Shown here piece after piece: positions 12,301-23,425 of a stretch of DNA of 64,000 bases. The position numbers and the translations under genes are program-made. The stretch's first letter is position 1. Every line of letters starts with the position of its first letter. The notes beneath the pieces were generated by a model, which saw only the letters and a list, made by a program, of their open reading frames with translations, made no database searches and was not told the origin of the DNA. The DNA lies in the NCBI GenBank assembly GCA_964247055.1, contig OZ176057.1, positions 1,674,001-1,738,000 of the forward strand, read 5' to 3'. Origin of the DNA: Paragordius varius. Lineage: Eukaryota; Animalia; Nematomorpha.

Positions 12301-15300
12301 TTAATTTTACAATTTTGTTCAAGAGCGTATGTAAAACTTTTGCATGATGGAGACGGTATAAAAACGCTTTAAGACATTATAAAAAAAATTTCATATAATT
12401 CAATGGTGCTAAACATTCTTATCTCCCTAGACTTTAATTAAAATATCTGGTCTTCATATTTATGTTAAATAAAAATTATGTTTTGTTACAAAAATCCACT
12501 AAAATTTAGGCAAGCGAATTAAATTAAAATCTGAAGCGATAGAAATGTTCAGCATCTAATTTGAAAAATTATAACATCTTAAAGCATTCTTAAACCGTTT
12601 CCATCATGACTTATAATAGTATGAAATAAGATCTTTAAGAAAATTTTGCCAAATTTTTTTGAAAAAAGTAGGCATTTTTGTAAAAATATTTTAGTTGATA
12701 ATTTAGCATATAATAAAAAAAAATTTCCACAATACCGGAATTTTTGCGTTTATATTTAGATACCTAGCACATTATAGGAAAGCATAAAATCTTAGAACTT
12801 TCTGAGCCCACATCTAAAAATTAAAATTGAGGAAACATTGTTTTGTTTTTATATATATAGTTAAAGATATATTTTTTGGAATGGATTCTCTAGACCAAAA
12901 ATTTATTTAAAAAATGTGCGCATATTTCGCCATTTTCTGATATGGAGCACTTACCACAAAACTGTAAATATTTTTCTTACACTCGTAATAGCCAAAACCA
13001 AATGCACCATTATAATTTTAATACATTTCCTATCAGAATATATGTATTTTATCAGGTTATTTTGATGTATCCCTGATTGGATACAGTGTTAGATATAGCT
13101 TATCCAGTTATATAGAATTCAATTTTTCTATATAAATATAGAAAAAACATATAGATTTTAATATTGTCTGTGAATTAATTATTGTATGAAAATTTTATCC
13201 AAATAAAATAATTAACGAAAAGGGGTTTAAATAAGTTACCAAAGATGGTTGCGGTTATAACAACATTTATAAAATAAAATTAAATTTTAAGTTATGATGC
13301 TGACCTTAATAAGGCAATAAAATTTTTAAGTTATCAAACTTTTGCATAAAACCAGTTGTAATTTATACATTATTGAAACTATAATGAGAAAATTTGTTTA
13401 AATTGGTTGAAACCAACTTTTTGAAAAAGCTAGTATATTACAAAAAAATTGTTAAAAAACACAAATTCAAAAACTATATACCTTGTTACCAGGACGACCG
13501 GGTTGCCCATCGCGACCAGGGAAGCCATCTTTTCCTGGAGCGCCGGGTGGACCGTCTTTTCCAGGCGTTCCAGAGCCGAATCCTGGAGAGCCTGGGGCAC
13601 CTGGTGGACCCTATAACATACAAAATTATATTTTTCTTAACACTTCGATTCAAATTGGGTTATCAACCCCAGACTAAATTTAAGTTATAATTTTGTAAAA
13701 ACTATCGAAAGAAACGTTCCCAATTTAAATGCTTCTATCCTAATAAAAATTATATAAATATGCCAAAATATCTAAGTAAAATTTTGTTTAAAGAAGAGTT
13801 CTATGTCAAACTATTTCGAGGCCATTTTTATTTTAAATTTTTGCAAAATATCGTCTTCATTTTATTTAAGGGTAAAAAGCTAATTTTTTATCTAAATTAC
13901 ATCTAACATTGATAGAAAGAAAAAGCTGTTTATTTTGTATTATTTTTCAATTTTATCATTGAACACATGTCACGTGACCAAGTTTTACCTTTCGATTTTA
14001 GCTTAAATAAGTAATATCAAATGTTTTTGAATAATATTTTTATATATTTCGGTATATTAATGTTATATAAGTGCAAAATTTTGCCATGATTTCGATTACT
14101 TCCATATTATTTAAAATATTTTATTTTAAACAAGCCTGGGGTATTTAACTACCCCAATTCGAAACGAAGGACTAAAATGAATGTGTTGTATCCGAGTGTA
14201 TATATATTTGATAAAAAATAATTTTGTGGACCCTAAACATATGTTTATAGGGAAAAAAATTTTAAAAAATTTTCGACATAAAATTTATAATTTTATGTAC
14301 AACTCCTATATAAATTTAAGCTTTTTATAGACAAATTGATACACTTAAGAATTAAATTTGTCTTAACATTTGTACATATATTGATGGGGAAATAAATAGT
14401 TTTTTTCTGTTAATATTTTGATAAATGTTATTTTATGGACCCTAAACACATACATTTATGGAGAAAAGTTTAATTATATATATCCGGATTTTTTTGACAA
14501 TATCATAGTATAATCAATCGTGTATAGAGAACCAAATTTTTTTAAAGAGTAATTAATACACTTATTGCCTCCAAAACTCTGTGGACTTAAAACATGGGGA
14601 ATATTTTTTTAGGTTAAAATTTATTTTGGACATAAAATTTACCATTGTATCAATAATTGATATTTTAATTAAATTTATTTTGTTGTAAATTATTTTAAAG
14701 TTAATTTTAAACAACTCCTGCCAATGCCTTTGTATAAGAATGATTTTAATATATTTCCTTGTTGACGATGATGCGGCGAACCTTACAAAAAATTTCTTAT
14801 TCTCCTATATAAGATGATACACTTTATATAAAATAACTGATCACCGAAACTATAGTTTATTCTATTTAATACAATCAGTTATTTAACAATAAATCGATAA
14901 ATTTCCTTCCCCTGCGAATAAATTTTAATCATATAAAATTTTCTAAAAATGATTTGTTATCTAATATGGTTAGAATGAGCAATGATTATTTAAAGGGGAT
15001 TAAACGGGAAAGCCAAAAATATAAATAAACCGTATTCCTTTGTCCCAGTCTAAAAGCGATTTAATATTTAAACATAACGTTACCTAAAACATACCCAGTT
15101 AATAAAATTCCCAGTTAATCGAAATGTAACATCCAGTCATTGGAAATGCAAAATTAGATAGTGAATTGGTTTATAATTAATCAAATAATTTTTAATTAAC
15201 CGAAAAATCTGCAATTTATTAGTAACCTTATTTATTAACACATGACTATTAATATAGATTGCGTAAAATAAATAAAAAACTACTCTAGGTCCGGGTTTAC

Positions 15301-18300
15301 CCGGGCTGCCATCTAGACCGGGTGTCCCGGGTTCTCCAGGGTTTCCAGGAGCTCCTCGCTCACCTGGCGTTCCTTGAGGTCCATCGTTTCCAGGATCACC
15401 TGGTTCACCAGCTGAGGCTGGTCGACACGGGCAAACATCTGTTTTAATTGTGAAATTTTATTATTTTACGTAATAGTAATTAATTTTATTGCCTGCGATG
15501 AAAAATTTTTGTTTTTAACCAAATATTAACTAATGCACATAATTATATAATTTATATTTATATCGTTAAAAATTTATTTTTCATGACAAAGTATAGTTTA
15601 AAATATTTTAAATTACTATAACAGCTTATATCTGGTCTCTTAAATTAGCATATTAATATAATCATTTCATATTAAACTGTAAAAGGCAAGAAAACTTAGA
15701 ACATGTCATTAAGTATTTTAAAGCGCGCAGAAAAGTTTTCAAAACTTTAAATCTATATAAACTTGGAAACTCGATATATCGCAAATTGATTTATTTAAAT
15801 ATAAAAGATATCCAATTTTAAACTACAAATCTTTATATTTTACATGAATTTTTAGATCTAGGTTTTGGTCCTATGAGTTTTATAAGAATGTTATTTAAAC
15901 TTTTATGGTTATCATTAAACGCTTTCGATAAAGAAATGTGCATGCTTAAAAGGACAAATCATTTGTATAGAAAGACTGAACAGTGGCTGGATTTTACGTA
16001 TAGTTAAATGCCATTATTTTGACTATCGTTTGGAAAACCAAAAAAAATTACATAATATTCGAGTTTTCTTCATATACCAATAATATCAAAATGAAAAGGG
16101 CTTTGTTATTAAAAATAATCTTTTTAATAAATTTATTTATAAAAAAAATCATACTATCGGCCTCGCTCCCTATGAATTGTTCATTTGAAGCGCCTCCATT
16201 AAATCCGCCATTTCCATTTCCTACGGCACGGCCATTCGAGATTCCAAAGCCTAAATTTTTATTAAATTAAAATTATATCGGGACAAAACGTAAAAATATA
16301 GAGACAAAGGATTTTAGTAAAGGTCGCTATACTTTTTTAAACTTATTATTTCCTAATCTAAATTATTTTACAATTGTATAATATATAATTTGTGTTACCA
16401 ATTATATCTTTATATCATACTTTGCACTTTAGTTTAGAAAAATACAGCAGTATTTTAAAAATTTGTCTTTACGTTTTATTTTGTCTGTATAATTTAAGTT
16501 TTACTGTATATATGAAAGAAATTTGGATAAGATTACCAAAATTATTAAGATTTATTTGCACTAAAATATCAAATATAAAGTAATCTAGGGCTTAGTGAAT
16601 AAGACAGTTTTTATACACTCAGTAAAATGCATGTTTTTTATCTATATTATAAGATAGTCCTGAATGTTTAAGAAAAAGAGGTAGCTGAAAAATTGGTCAT
16701 TTATAGTATATAAGGAAATGTGTTACAGAATTATATTTTTTACTAAACTTAACATAATTAAAATTAATATTATTGGAGTGTTAATCATATTCAAATATAC
16801 CCAAATAAAAATAAAACCAGTCTTAACTATATTTTTTGGCCTCTCCATAAAAACTTGCTCTGTGTATTTTATGCCTTATTATGCGCGCGTCCCCTGAATT
16901 GTAAAATTGTTATGTATGTATTAAAAAAAATTACTATATTACATCACATCCTTAGACTCACAAATTTTGAACCACATGCTTTATGATTAATATAATACTA
17001 GATCAAAGCCTCATAAATTAATTGTTTAAAAAGCACGAAACATTGGATTCAAATACTTTAGCTTATTTTTTTTATTTTTAAAGACACAGATACTTACTAG
17101 TTAGCAATCAAATATTCATGCATATTTTAAATATATTTAATGATTGCTATATTTAATTGAATTCCAATTAAAATAATGCTCTGTATACCTCCATATTGAG
17201 CGAAGGCTGCTTGGTTTGCACCTCTACGCCCGCTTGAAGAGCTGACCCTCCGTGCTACTTGGTTATCATGTAGAATGGCATCCCGATCACTCCCAAAATC
17301 ATTGTACGTTTGTTGTCGTTTTTGACGCCGCGATTTGGACGAAGTGCGTTTTTTACTTTTGCTTTTGTCCTTTTTATCTTTTTCTCCTTTGTGTTCAGCA
17401 TCAACACTTTTTCTGATGCGTTTTATTCTGCGTTCGTGAGTAAATGCTTGTGACAAATCTGTATTATCGAGTTTGGTGAAATCATTCGAATCAGAAGAAT
17501 CGAGAACACCATGTGTCGGTAACAAAAATGTGGCTTGTTGTCCAGTACCACCCAACTGTTCTTGACCTGCATCTTGCGGATTTATAAGTTCTGACGTATC
17601 CCACATATCAGCGGTGACTATTGGTATATTTAACATTGCTTCTCCGCCCTGATGCGGTGATTGTACATACTGTACTACATGGTCATAGGGTTGTTGAAAC
17701 GGTTCTCTAACCCGATGTTTATGATGTACTTCAACGACTTCTTGACTTACCACATAATCCGTTGGGGCTTGATTGAGGTTATTAGAATCGCCCAAAACTA
17801 AGTTAGGATCAATAATCATGGGGAAAATGGTACCTTCTTCTGCTGGAACCGAAATAAATTGATCCGCTAACGTATTTTCTTCATTTGTCACGGGTGTTAA
17901 GGTATCAACATGACTCTAAAATTGAAATGATACATATGTCATATTGAAATAATTAAATTTGGGAAATAAGTTGTTATATTGATGAAAAAGGTGTTATACG
18001 ATTTGACAGATATCCGCAAAATAACTAAAAAATAATATTTTGTCCGAATTTTTACCAAAACTTAGATAAAAAAAGTATATGATACTAAATTAATAAATTT
18101 CTTATGATATATTAATGAAAAAATATTTAAATTTTTGGTCACTCATTTGTCTTTACACCTTAATTTTATTGGAGTCTATACTGAATTATTAACTAGTAGA
18201 TTTAAATACCCTTATAAGGGAGATGTTATAAATTTTTTAAAATTCAATCGGATGGAGTATATTTTAATTCAAAAATATACATTATTAAGAATAAGTTATA

Positions 18301-21176
18301 TTTTATATTTATCCCTATATACATTCTATATTTTCAATATTTCATCATTATGTATATGTTAATTAATCATAGAAAACGCATATAAATATATCTAATTTAT
18401 CAAATAATCAACCACAAATAGCTATTAAAATGATGAGCTTAAAAAAAAATATTTAAGTGGGGCACATAATGGGTGGAGTGGAATCCATAAGAAAAAATTA
18501 AACAGTAAAAAACCTTTAAAAGTTGTTAACGCCAATTTAATTGATAATTGACACAAATGGAGAAAATATTTAAAACATGTCGTAAAGTTAAATAAATTAT
18601 TTTCACATTTTCTTGCTAAGCAGAAACAAAGAATATTTTTTAAATTAATATATTAACAAGCTGGTAGAGTCAATCTTATGGTTCTGCCTGTGTTCTCATT
18701 TAAGCATATTTTTATGACCTATTATTATGCTTAATTGATATTTTATATTTCCCTGCTGATAAATAATTAATTTTGGAAAAATGTAAATAATCACATCTTA
18801 TGCTGTAAAAACATGGTGCCATATTAGATGACATTTTGAAAAGTAAAACAATGAACTTTGGTAAGTACCATTTATGTGTTATGACCTCAAACTAGAGGAC
18901 AAAAAGATATATTTATATGTACTAAAATTATAATTGGTCCTCAAAAAGCGAAATATAATTTATATTGTGCATGCAAATAAATGAATGAAAAAAAACTTGT
19001 AATGAATTTAGCAGAGCAAACATTCCGTTTAATTCTTCTTCTTTAAGGAGAAGCTTTTTAAGGGCTGTAGAGCTTTGAGCATTGAGCAAATTAGGGTTTG
19101 TTAGAGCAGGTTTGATAAAATGATCGCTAGGTATATCTGCTGTCCGATTCATTTTCTATTATATTAAATTAAGAATTATTGAATCTTTTCTAAAATACGA
19201 ATAATCTAACAACCTTTTACACGGTTAAATATTTAAATGTTAATTATTAAGGATACTTTAATTTAAATATAAAAGTAACATTTTTATTTATGTCTGTATG
19301 TTTGGCTTATATAGAGAGCAGACGAAAAATTATATTTAATTCACATGGACGTATAATTAGTTGTGGAAAATGCCTCTAGACTGCTATTTATTTTTATAAT
19401 CATTTTTAATATAATTTTCAGATTTAGTTAAATTTTTTACTGGTAAAACCTGTAACCATGTCTACTCAACATCATTTAACAGTCTAAACTAGTGAAAAAA
19501 ATGCATGACAATTAAAATATGAAATTTTTAAACAACCAAAGACATTAATGTTTATTATCAATAAAATTTCATGGCTATACTTCTATTAAAGCAATCAGGC
19601 CAAGTTCCATGATACGAGACGCATCTAAGATATTTCTCTTTTATATGTGATAAAATTTATATTTTCCTACTTTCAAACCACCAATAAAGGCCCAAAATGA
19701 TTGCATAATAATAGAAATTTGTGTAAACGACTAAAAAATATTTAAAAAAGGCGGACATATAAAAATTCTAAACGTATTAAATTAAACATTGTTCACAATT
19801 AAAAATGACTATGAGTTTAGGATGAGATAAAAACCTTTTTTTCTAAACAGATAAGCTAAATAATGGTATATTAGAATATGTCCATTTTTAGGGAAGATTG
19901 TGGATTAATAATAATTATCATCAATATTGTATTTTTATTTATAAATCATATATTTTGATTTAATTTATATATATAAAAATCAAATTATCCTAAAATTACA
20001 TATCATTACACCTAATTGATTGTTGAATCGGTATATGGATTTTTTTGATAATGTAAAAATTGAAGATGTGTTAATGACTGCTTTGTAAATAAGTTCTAAC
20101 AAATACATTTCATGAAATTCAAATCTTTCAAAAAATTTTCTAATTACTTTAAAATATTTTTTATTTAATGATTATAAGGATAAGCACAAAAATATTAGGT
20201 CAAAATTAACATATCTGCCAACACTAAAGAGTCAAAAATTTAACACGACTTCAAAATATAACTGTATATCACAAGAAGATTGATTACAATCATTTTTATC
20301 GTATATTTTTGATAATAAATTAGAAAAAGAAACCTGAAGTTTATCATTATTAACATGATTCGATGATAAAGGTGTAATCACATAAGCATTTTTGGGTGAA
20401 AAATTTGTTTGAGAGTCTGTATCAGGTGCCAAAGGCCCATTTATTCGCCAGTCGAAAAAGGGTGCCGAGTTTGACATATTTTGGCTATTATTTTGGTGTA
20501 GCTGCTGTTGTTGTTGTTTTTGCATGAGATAAACTGCTTGTTTTAACATTTCAACATTATTCAATTCATGGTTCTTGCTATTTGAGGGTGGCGGGTAAAA
20601 TTTACCAGTTAGCTTATTGAGACGCACAAAAATCATTGAGGCCGTGACAAGAGCCAGTGATAGTGTCGCTATTATGACTATGCATTTTAACAAGGTGTGT
20701 AGGATGGTTTTCGTATTCGTCGTTTTTGAATCATTAATAGGATGTTTATGATGTTGGTAATAATAGGATGAAGAACCAATCGAGGAGCTATCATCCTTTG
20801 TTCCTCCATTAAGTTTGGTCGTAAATGAACAGGACAAAATATTTGAGGATGGAGCGTGGGTTGAACCAATGTAATGATTAAAGAAATTCCGATAACTACC
20901 CTTAGTCGAATTGGGTAGGGGTAGATGTTTTTGTAATTTTGGCACTACTGGCCCATTTGTAGCGTTAGATTTATTTTCGGCACAACTTTGCTGGGTAGTA
21001 TTTTGTCTGCCATTTGTAGCGTTAGATTTATTTTCGACACAACTTTGCTGGGTAGTATTTTGTCTGTCAGACCTTGAGTTTCCGTTTAAATTGTCTTGGG
21101 GAGTTTCAGAATAATTTTGGGGCATTGTTTGAGGATTCAATTTGTCGACTGAATCTAATGAATTGGTCCCCATCAT
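3057..21176 (-). CDS. Multi-exon type II transmembrane collagen, at least 1102 aa, 3' end incomplete
   Basis: 14 exons join in frame with GT-AG: 21176-20334, 19155-18997, 17915-17189, 16250-16155, 15438-15284, 13610-13482, 11595-11470, 10819-10694, 9661-9536, 8624-8499, 5997-5872, 5045-4920, 4224-4045, 3318-3057 (3307 nt). Phase-1 junctions match (G|GC, A|AT). TM segment [24 protein letters not shown] and RQKR, CPC, ~147 Gly-X-Y triplets, [20 protein letters not shown]. Confidence 0.88.
3480..3635. repeat. Fragments of the 21-bp-unit foldback family (intron 13)
   Basis: ggtgaaatttgaa; tttacccttgaacacttaaaattcacccc; tcaccctaaaaatgaattatg. Confidence 0.55.
4045..4224 (-). CDS. Collagen exon 13 (180 nt, 20 Gly-X-Y)
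   Basis: ttctag|GGT...CCG|gtaaat. Confidence 0.93.
4920..5045 (-). CDS. Collagen exon 12 (126 nt, one Gly replaced by Met)
   Basis: ttttag|GGC...CTT|gtaaat; GKD-MPD-GNY. Confidence 0.92.
5872..5997 (-). CDS. Collagen exon 11 (126 nt)
   Basis: ctttag|GGT...AAA|gtacta; 14 Gly-X-Y. Confidence 0.93.
7087..7241 (-). mobile_element. Minimal 155-bp non-autonomous Helitron
   Basis: Minus strand: A|TCTATATATTTATAAAAATGG ... hairpin CTCGGGCTGC-GTA-GCAGCACGAG ... CTAG|T; A/T target with no TSD. Confidence 0.85.
7290..8271 (-). mobile_element. 3'-truncated Helitron of the same family with ~2 internal ~465-475-bp repeats
   Basis: Same A|TCTATATATTTATAAAAATGG 5' end at 8271; repeat units match 28343-30509. 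Confidence 0.8.
8499..8624 (-). CDS. Collagen exon 10 (126 nt)
   Basis: tattag|GGT...CCT|gtaatt; 14 Gly-X-Y. Confidence 0.93.
9140..9440. mobile_element. hAT-type MITE (Buster/Charlie-like), ~300 bp
   Basis: 5' ccgaggtttccaacgtgcggcc, 3' atcgggcaccctctg, subterminal gcggcc motifs, degenerate 8-bp TSD caattagc/ctattatc. Confidence 0.65.
9536..9661 (-). CDS. Collagen exon 9 (126 nt)
   Basis: aaatag|GGA...CCT|gtaata; 14 Gly-X-Y. Confidence 0.93.
10694..10819 (-). CDS. Collagen exon 8 (126 nt)
   Basis: ttttag|GGC...CCG|gttgaa; 14 Gly-X-Y. Confidence 0.93.
10940..11330 (+). pseudogene. Possible highly decayed non-LTR RT fragment (intron 7)
   Basis: GC-richer island with frameshifted PAQG, VLGFADS and THLGIL..PKI.W motifs in RT order; weak. 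Confidence 0.3.
11470..11595 (-). CDS. Collagen exon 7 (126 nt)
   Basis: ttttag|GGA...CCC|gtataa; 14 Gly-X-Y. Confidence 0.93.
11921..13088. mobile_element. Long-TIR foldback element, ~1.15 kb (intron 6)
   Basis: 11925-12300 is an inverted, diverged copy of ~12700-13088 (e.g. ggttttggccc / gccaaaacc, catcagaaaatggcaaa / ttcgccattttctgat); ends resemble tacactgtgtcca. Confidence 0.75.
13482..13610 (-). CDS. Collagen exon 6 (129 nt, GFGS interruption)
   Basis: ttatag|GGT...AAG|gtatat. Confidence 0.93.
15284..15438 (-). CDS. Collagen exon 5 (VCPC + 14 Gly-X-Y)
   Basis: aaacag|ATGTT...AGA|gtagtt; 155 nt. Confidence 0.92.
16155..16250 (-). CDS. Collagen exon 4 (Gly/Asn-rich linker)
   Basis: atttag|GCTTT...GATA|gtatga; 96 nt, phase 1/1; [20 protein letters not shown]. 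Confidence 0.8.
17189..17915 (-). CDS. Collagen exon 3 (stalk, furin-type sites)
   Basis: ttttag|AGTCAT...GGAG|gtatac; 727 nt, phase 0/1; RIKR and RQKR. Confidence 0.8.
18997..19155 (-). CDS. Collagen exon 2 (53 codons)
   Basis: taatag|AAAATGAAT...TTACAA|gttttt; phase 0/0, fits between exons 1 and 3. Confidence 0.65.
20334..21176 (-). CDS. Collagen exon 1 (N-terminal tail + TM helix, 281 codons)
   Basis: ATG at 21176, open frame, hydrophobic stretch ~20625-20684, donor CAG|gtttct phase 0. Linkage to the collagen exons is inferred from phase continuity. Confidence 0.75.
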
Positions 21177-22359
21177 ATCTTATCCTATTGATATATGGTT
21201 TATGTTTTCGCTTCGATCGACAAAAAGTATATAGTTTGACGAATGAAATATTTTTATATCTATACACGACAATAAAAAGTAATTTTGCCTAAATTTTAAA
21301 ATTGTATATGTATGAAAACTAAGCTAAATTATATTATAATATATATGCAATGGTAAATGATGGAAAGGTATTTTAATCTCCTTATGTTATATTAAAATAT
21401 GAATATAATTATGATAAAATAAAGTATTTATTAAAAAAAGGGAGGAAACATATTAAATATTAAAATTTATTTTAAAGTTAATTTATGTCGCTAAGTAAAA
21501 GATTCATATTTGCAATGCAAAATAATATATAAATTAAGGACCCTCATCCTATAACCTTCTCTTTATCTATTAATAATATTGCTTTACGAAAAAATGTGGA
21601 TTTTAATTTATTTAATTAATTAAAATTTGATTTTTTCAATAAAAAAACCTCTTAAAAATGATATCGAAATATGTAAGCAAAATACATATATAGGGGTGGA
21701 TTTAATTTTTTGTCACAAAGTGTTTTATTCTCCCAAGATGACACAAAAAATATATTTATACCAGTAAAAAAGTGATTTTTTTATTATGAGGTGCATAAAT
21801 AAAATTATTAGAATATTTTAATGGTAGAAGAAAAATATAGAGAGAAAGGGGGCGGAAAATATGAGGAAAGCCGCTTATTAAAAAATTTAAAAGATAAATA
21901 ATTTATATTCACATTATATTTTTTATTGTGTGTGCATTATCAAAATTTTGTCATAATTTTATTTCTCAACGAACTAAAGAAATTTTTACAGGTATGTATA
22001 TACATATAAATATTTCATATATGGTAGGTATATATAAACAATTCTATTGTTTCGTGTATTTTATACAAAGCTCTTCTGCATTTCCTTATTTATTTATCGT
22101 TAAAAAAAATTTTTTTTGCGGAAGCACTCACTATTTTCCCCTATATATTGTGAAATAAAAAAACAACAATATAGATTACCGCAAAAGGGGCGTAATTTCA
22201 TCGGCTCAATCATTTATTTATCCATGTAACTAAGAATTTGAGTTTTCACTTATGCATCACAATGTATCGTTAACTTCTAGTTTAGCAGCATTAAACGAAT
22301 AAAATGGAAACACCATATATCAAATGTCTAAAAGCTTTGCCAAAAAATTTTTCAATATT

Positions 22360-23425
22360 TACACAATGTCCACAAATATCCTGATGAATTATATAAATAT
22401 ATGCTGATAGAAGAATATATCACGATTATTATTAGGCCTTAGGTTTTGGCCCTTACGAGTTTAAGAACGTTATTTTCACCTTTAAGGTTACTGCCCCATA
22501 TGAGTAAATGGCGAAATTTCCGCACATTTTGTTAAATAATCTTTTTTGGTAAAAGCTAATACATATATATATATATATATAACAATGTACTTATAATATT
22601 TTCAACTTTATATTCATACAAAGTATAATTTTTGCGTCGCCCGAGAGTGTAAAATTTTAATATATATAAAATAATATCCAAATGGATAATTTGCTTAAAA
22701 ATTCATTTATCCAAAAAATATGTTGAAGCTAGTTTTATGGTATTTTGAGCATGGTGGAATTGGTATAAAAACACTTTAACATATTAATACTTTTTCTATA
22801 TGATGCTGAACATTTCTATCACCTCACAATTTTAATTAGGTTTGCTGCTTTTAAATTTGGGTGAATTTTAAATGATGAAATATTTATTATAAATATGAAG
22901 ACGAAAGATTATATAAAATTCTGGTGTAAGAAAAATGTTCCAGATCATCGAATTATATAAAAAAAATTTATTATATAATCTTAATGTGTTTTTATCGTTT
23001 CCAGCATGCTAAACACCATTAAACTCGCTTTACCAAAATTTTTATACATTAATTTTATAAGTGCAATATCGGTGTCAAAATTTATTATATATATTTAAAT
23101 TTTTATCGCCCAATCTAGGCCTTTCCGCCTTCAAGAGATGCCAATTATGGACGGGTTAAATTTGAGACTTTTGAAGTCAACATTTATAACCTTTTTAAAA
23201 ATATTTTCTCCTTGTCAGTTTATGATATAATTTAAATTTTTTAAATTAAGCATTTAGCTTCCACCAAAAAATGACTAAATTTGCGCTTTGTCATTTTTGA
23301 TATGGAGCAGTCACAAGTATAAATAGCTTTCTATTTGTGAGAACCAAAACAAATGCACCATGATTAAATTTTCCTATAAATATATATACATATAATATTT
23401 TTTATACCCCGATTCTGGACTCAGT
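22360..23425. mobile_element. Long-TIR foldback element, same family
   Basis: tacacaatgtccacaaa left end, ggttttggccctt, inverted arm gatatggagcag...accaaaacaaatgcacc. Confidence 0.7.

Noticed and set aside
3872-13690. Plus-strand Pro/Gly-rich ORFs (3103, 3872, 4011, 4818, 5816, 13394, 13483)
   Set aside because: Antisense shadows of Gly-X-Y exons.
14200-14470. Local ~50-bp repeat pair (tggaccctaaaca) about 210 bp apart
   Set aside because: Too short and degenerate to define an element.
14700-15140. Slightly GC-richer intronic stretch, possible hidden exon or TE
   Set aside because: No sustained frame or recognisable motif, and the exon 5-6 junction already fits.
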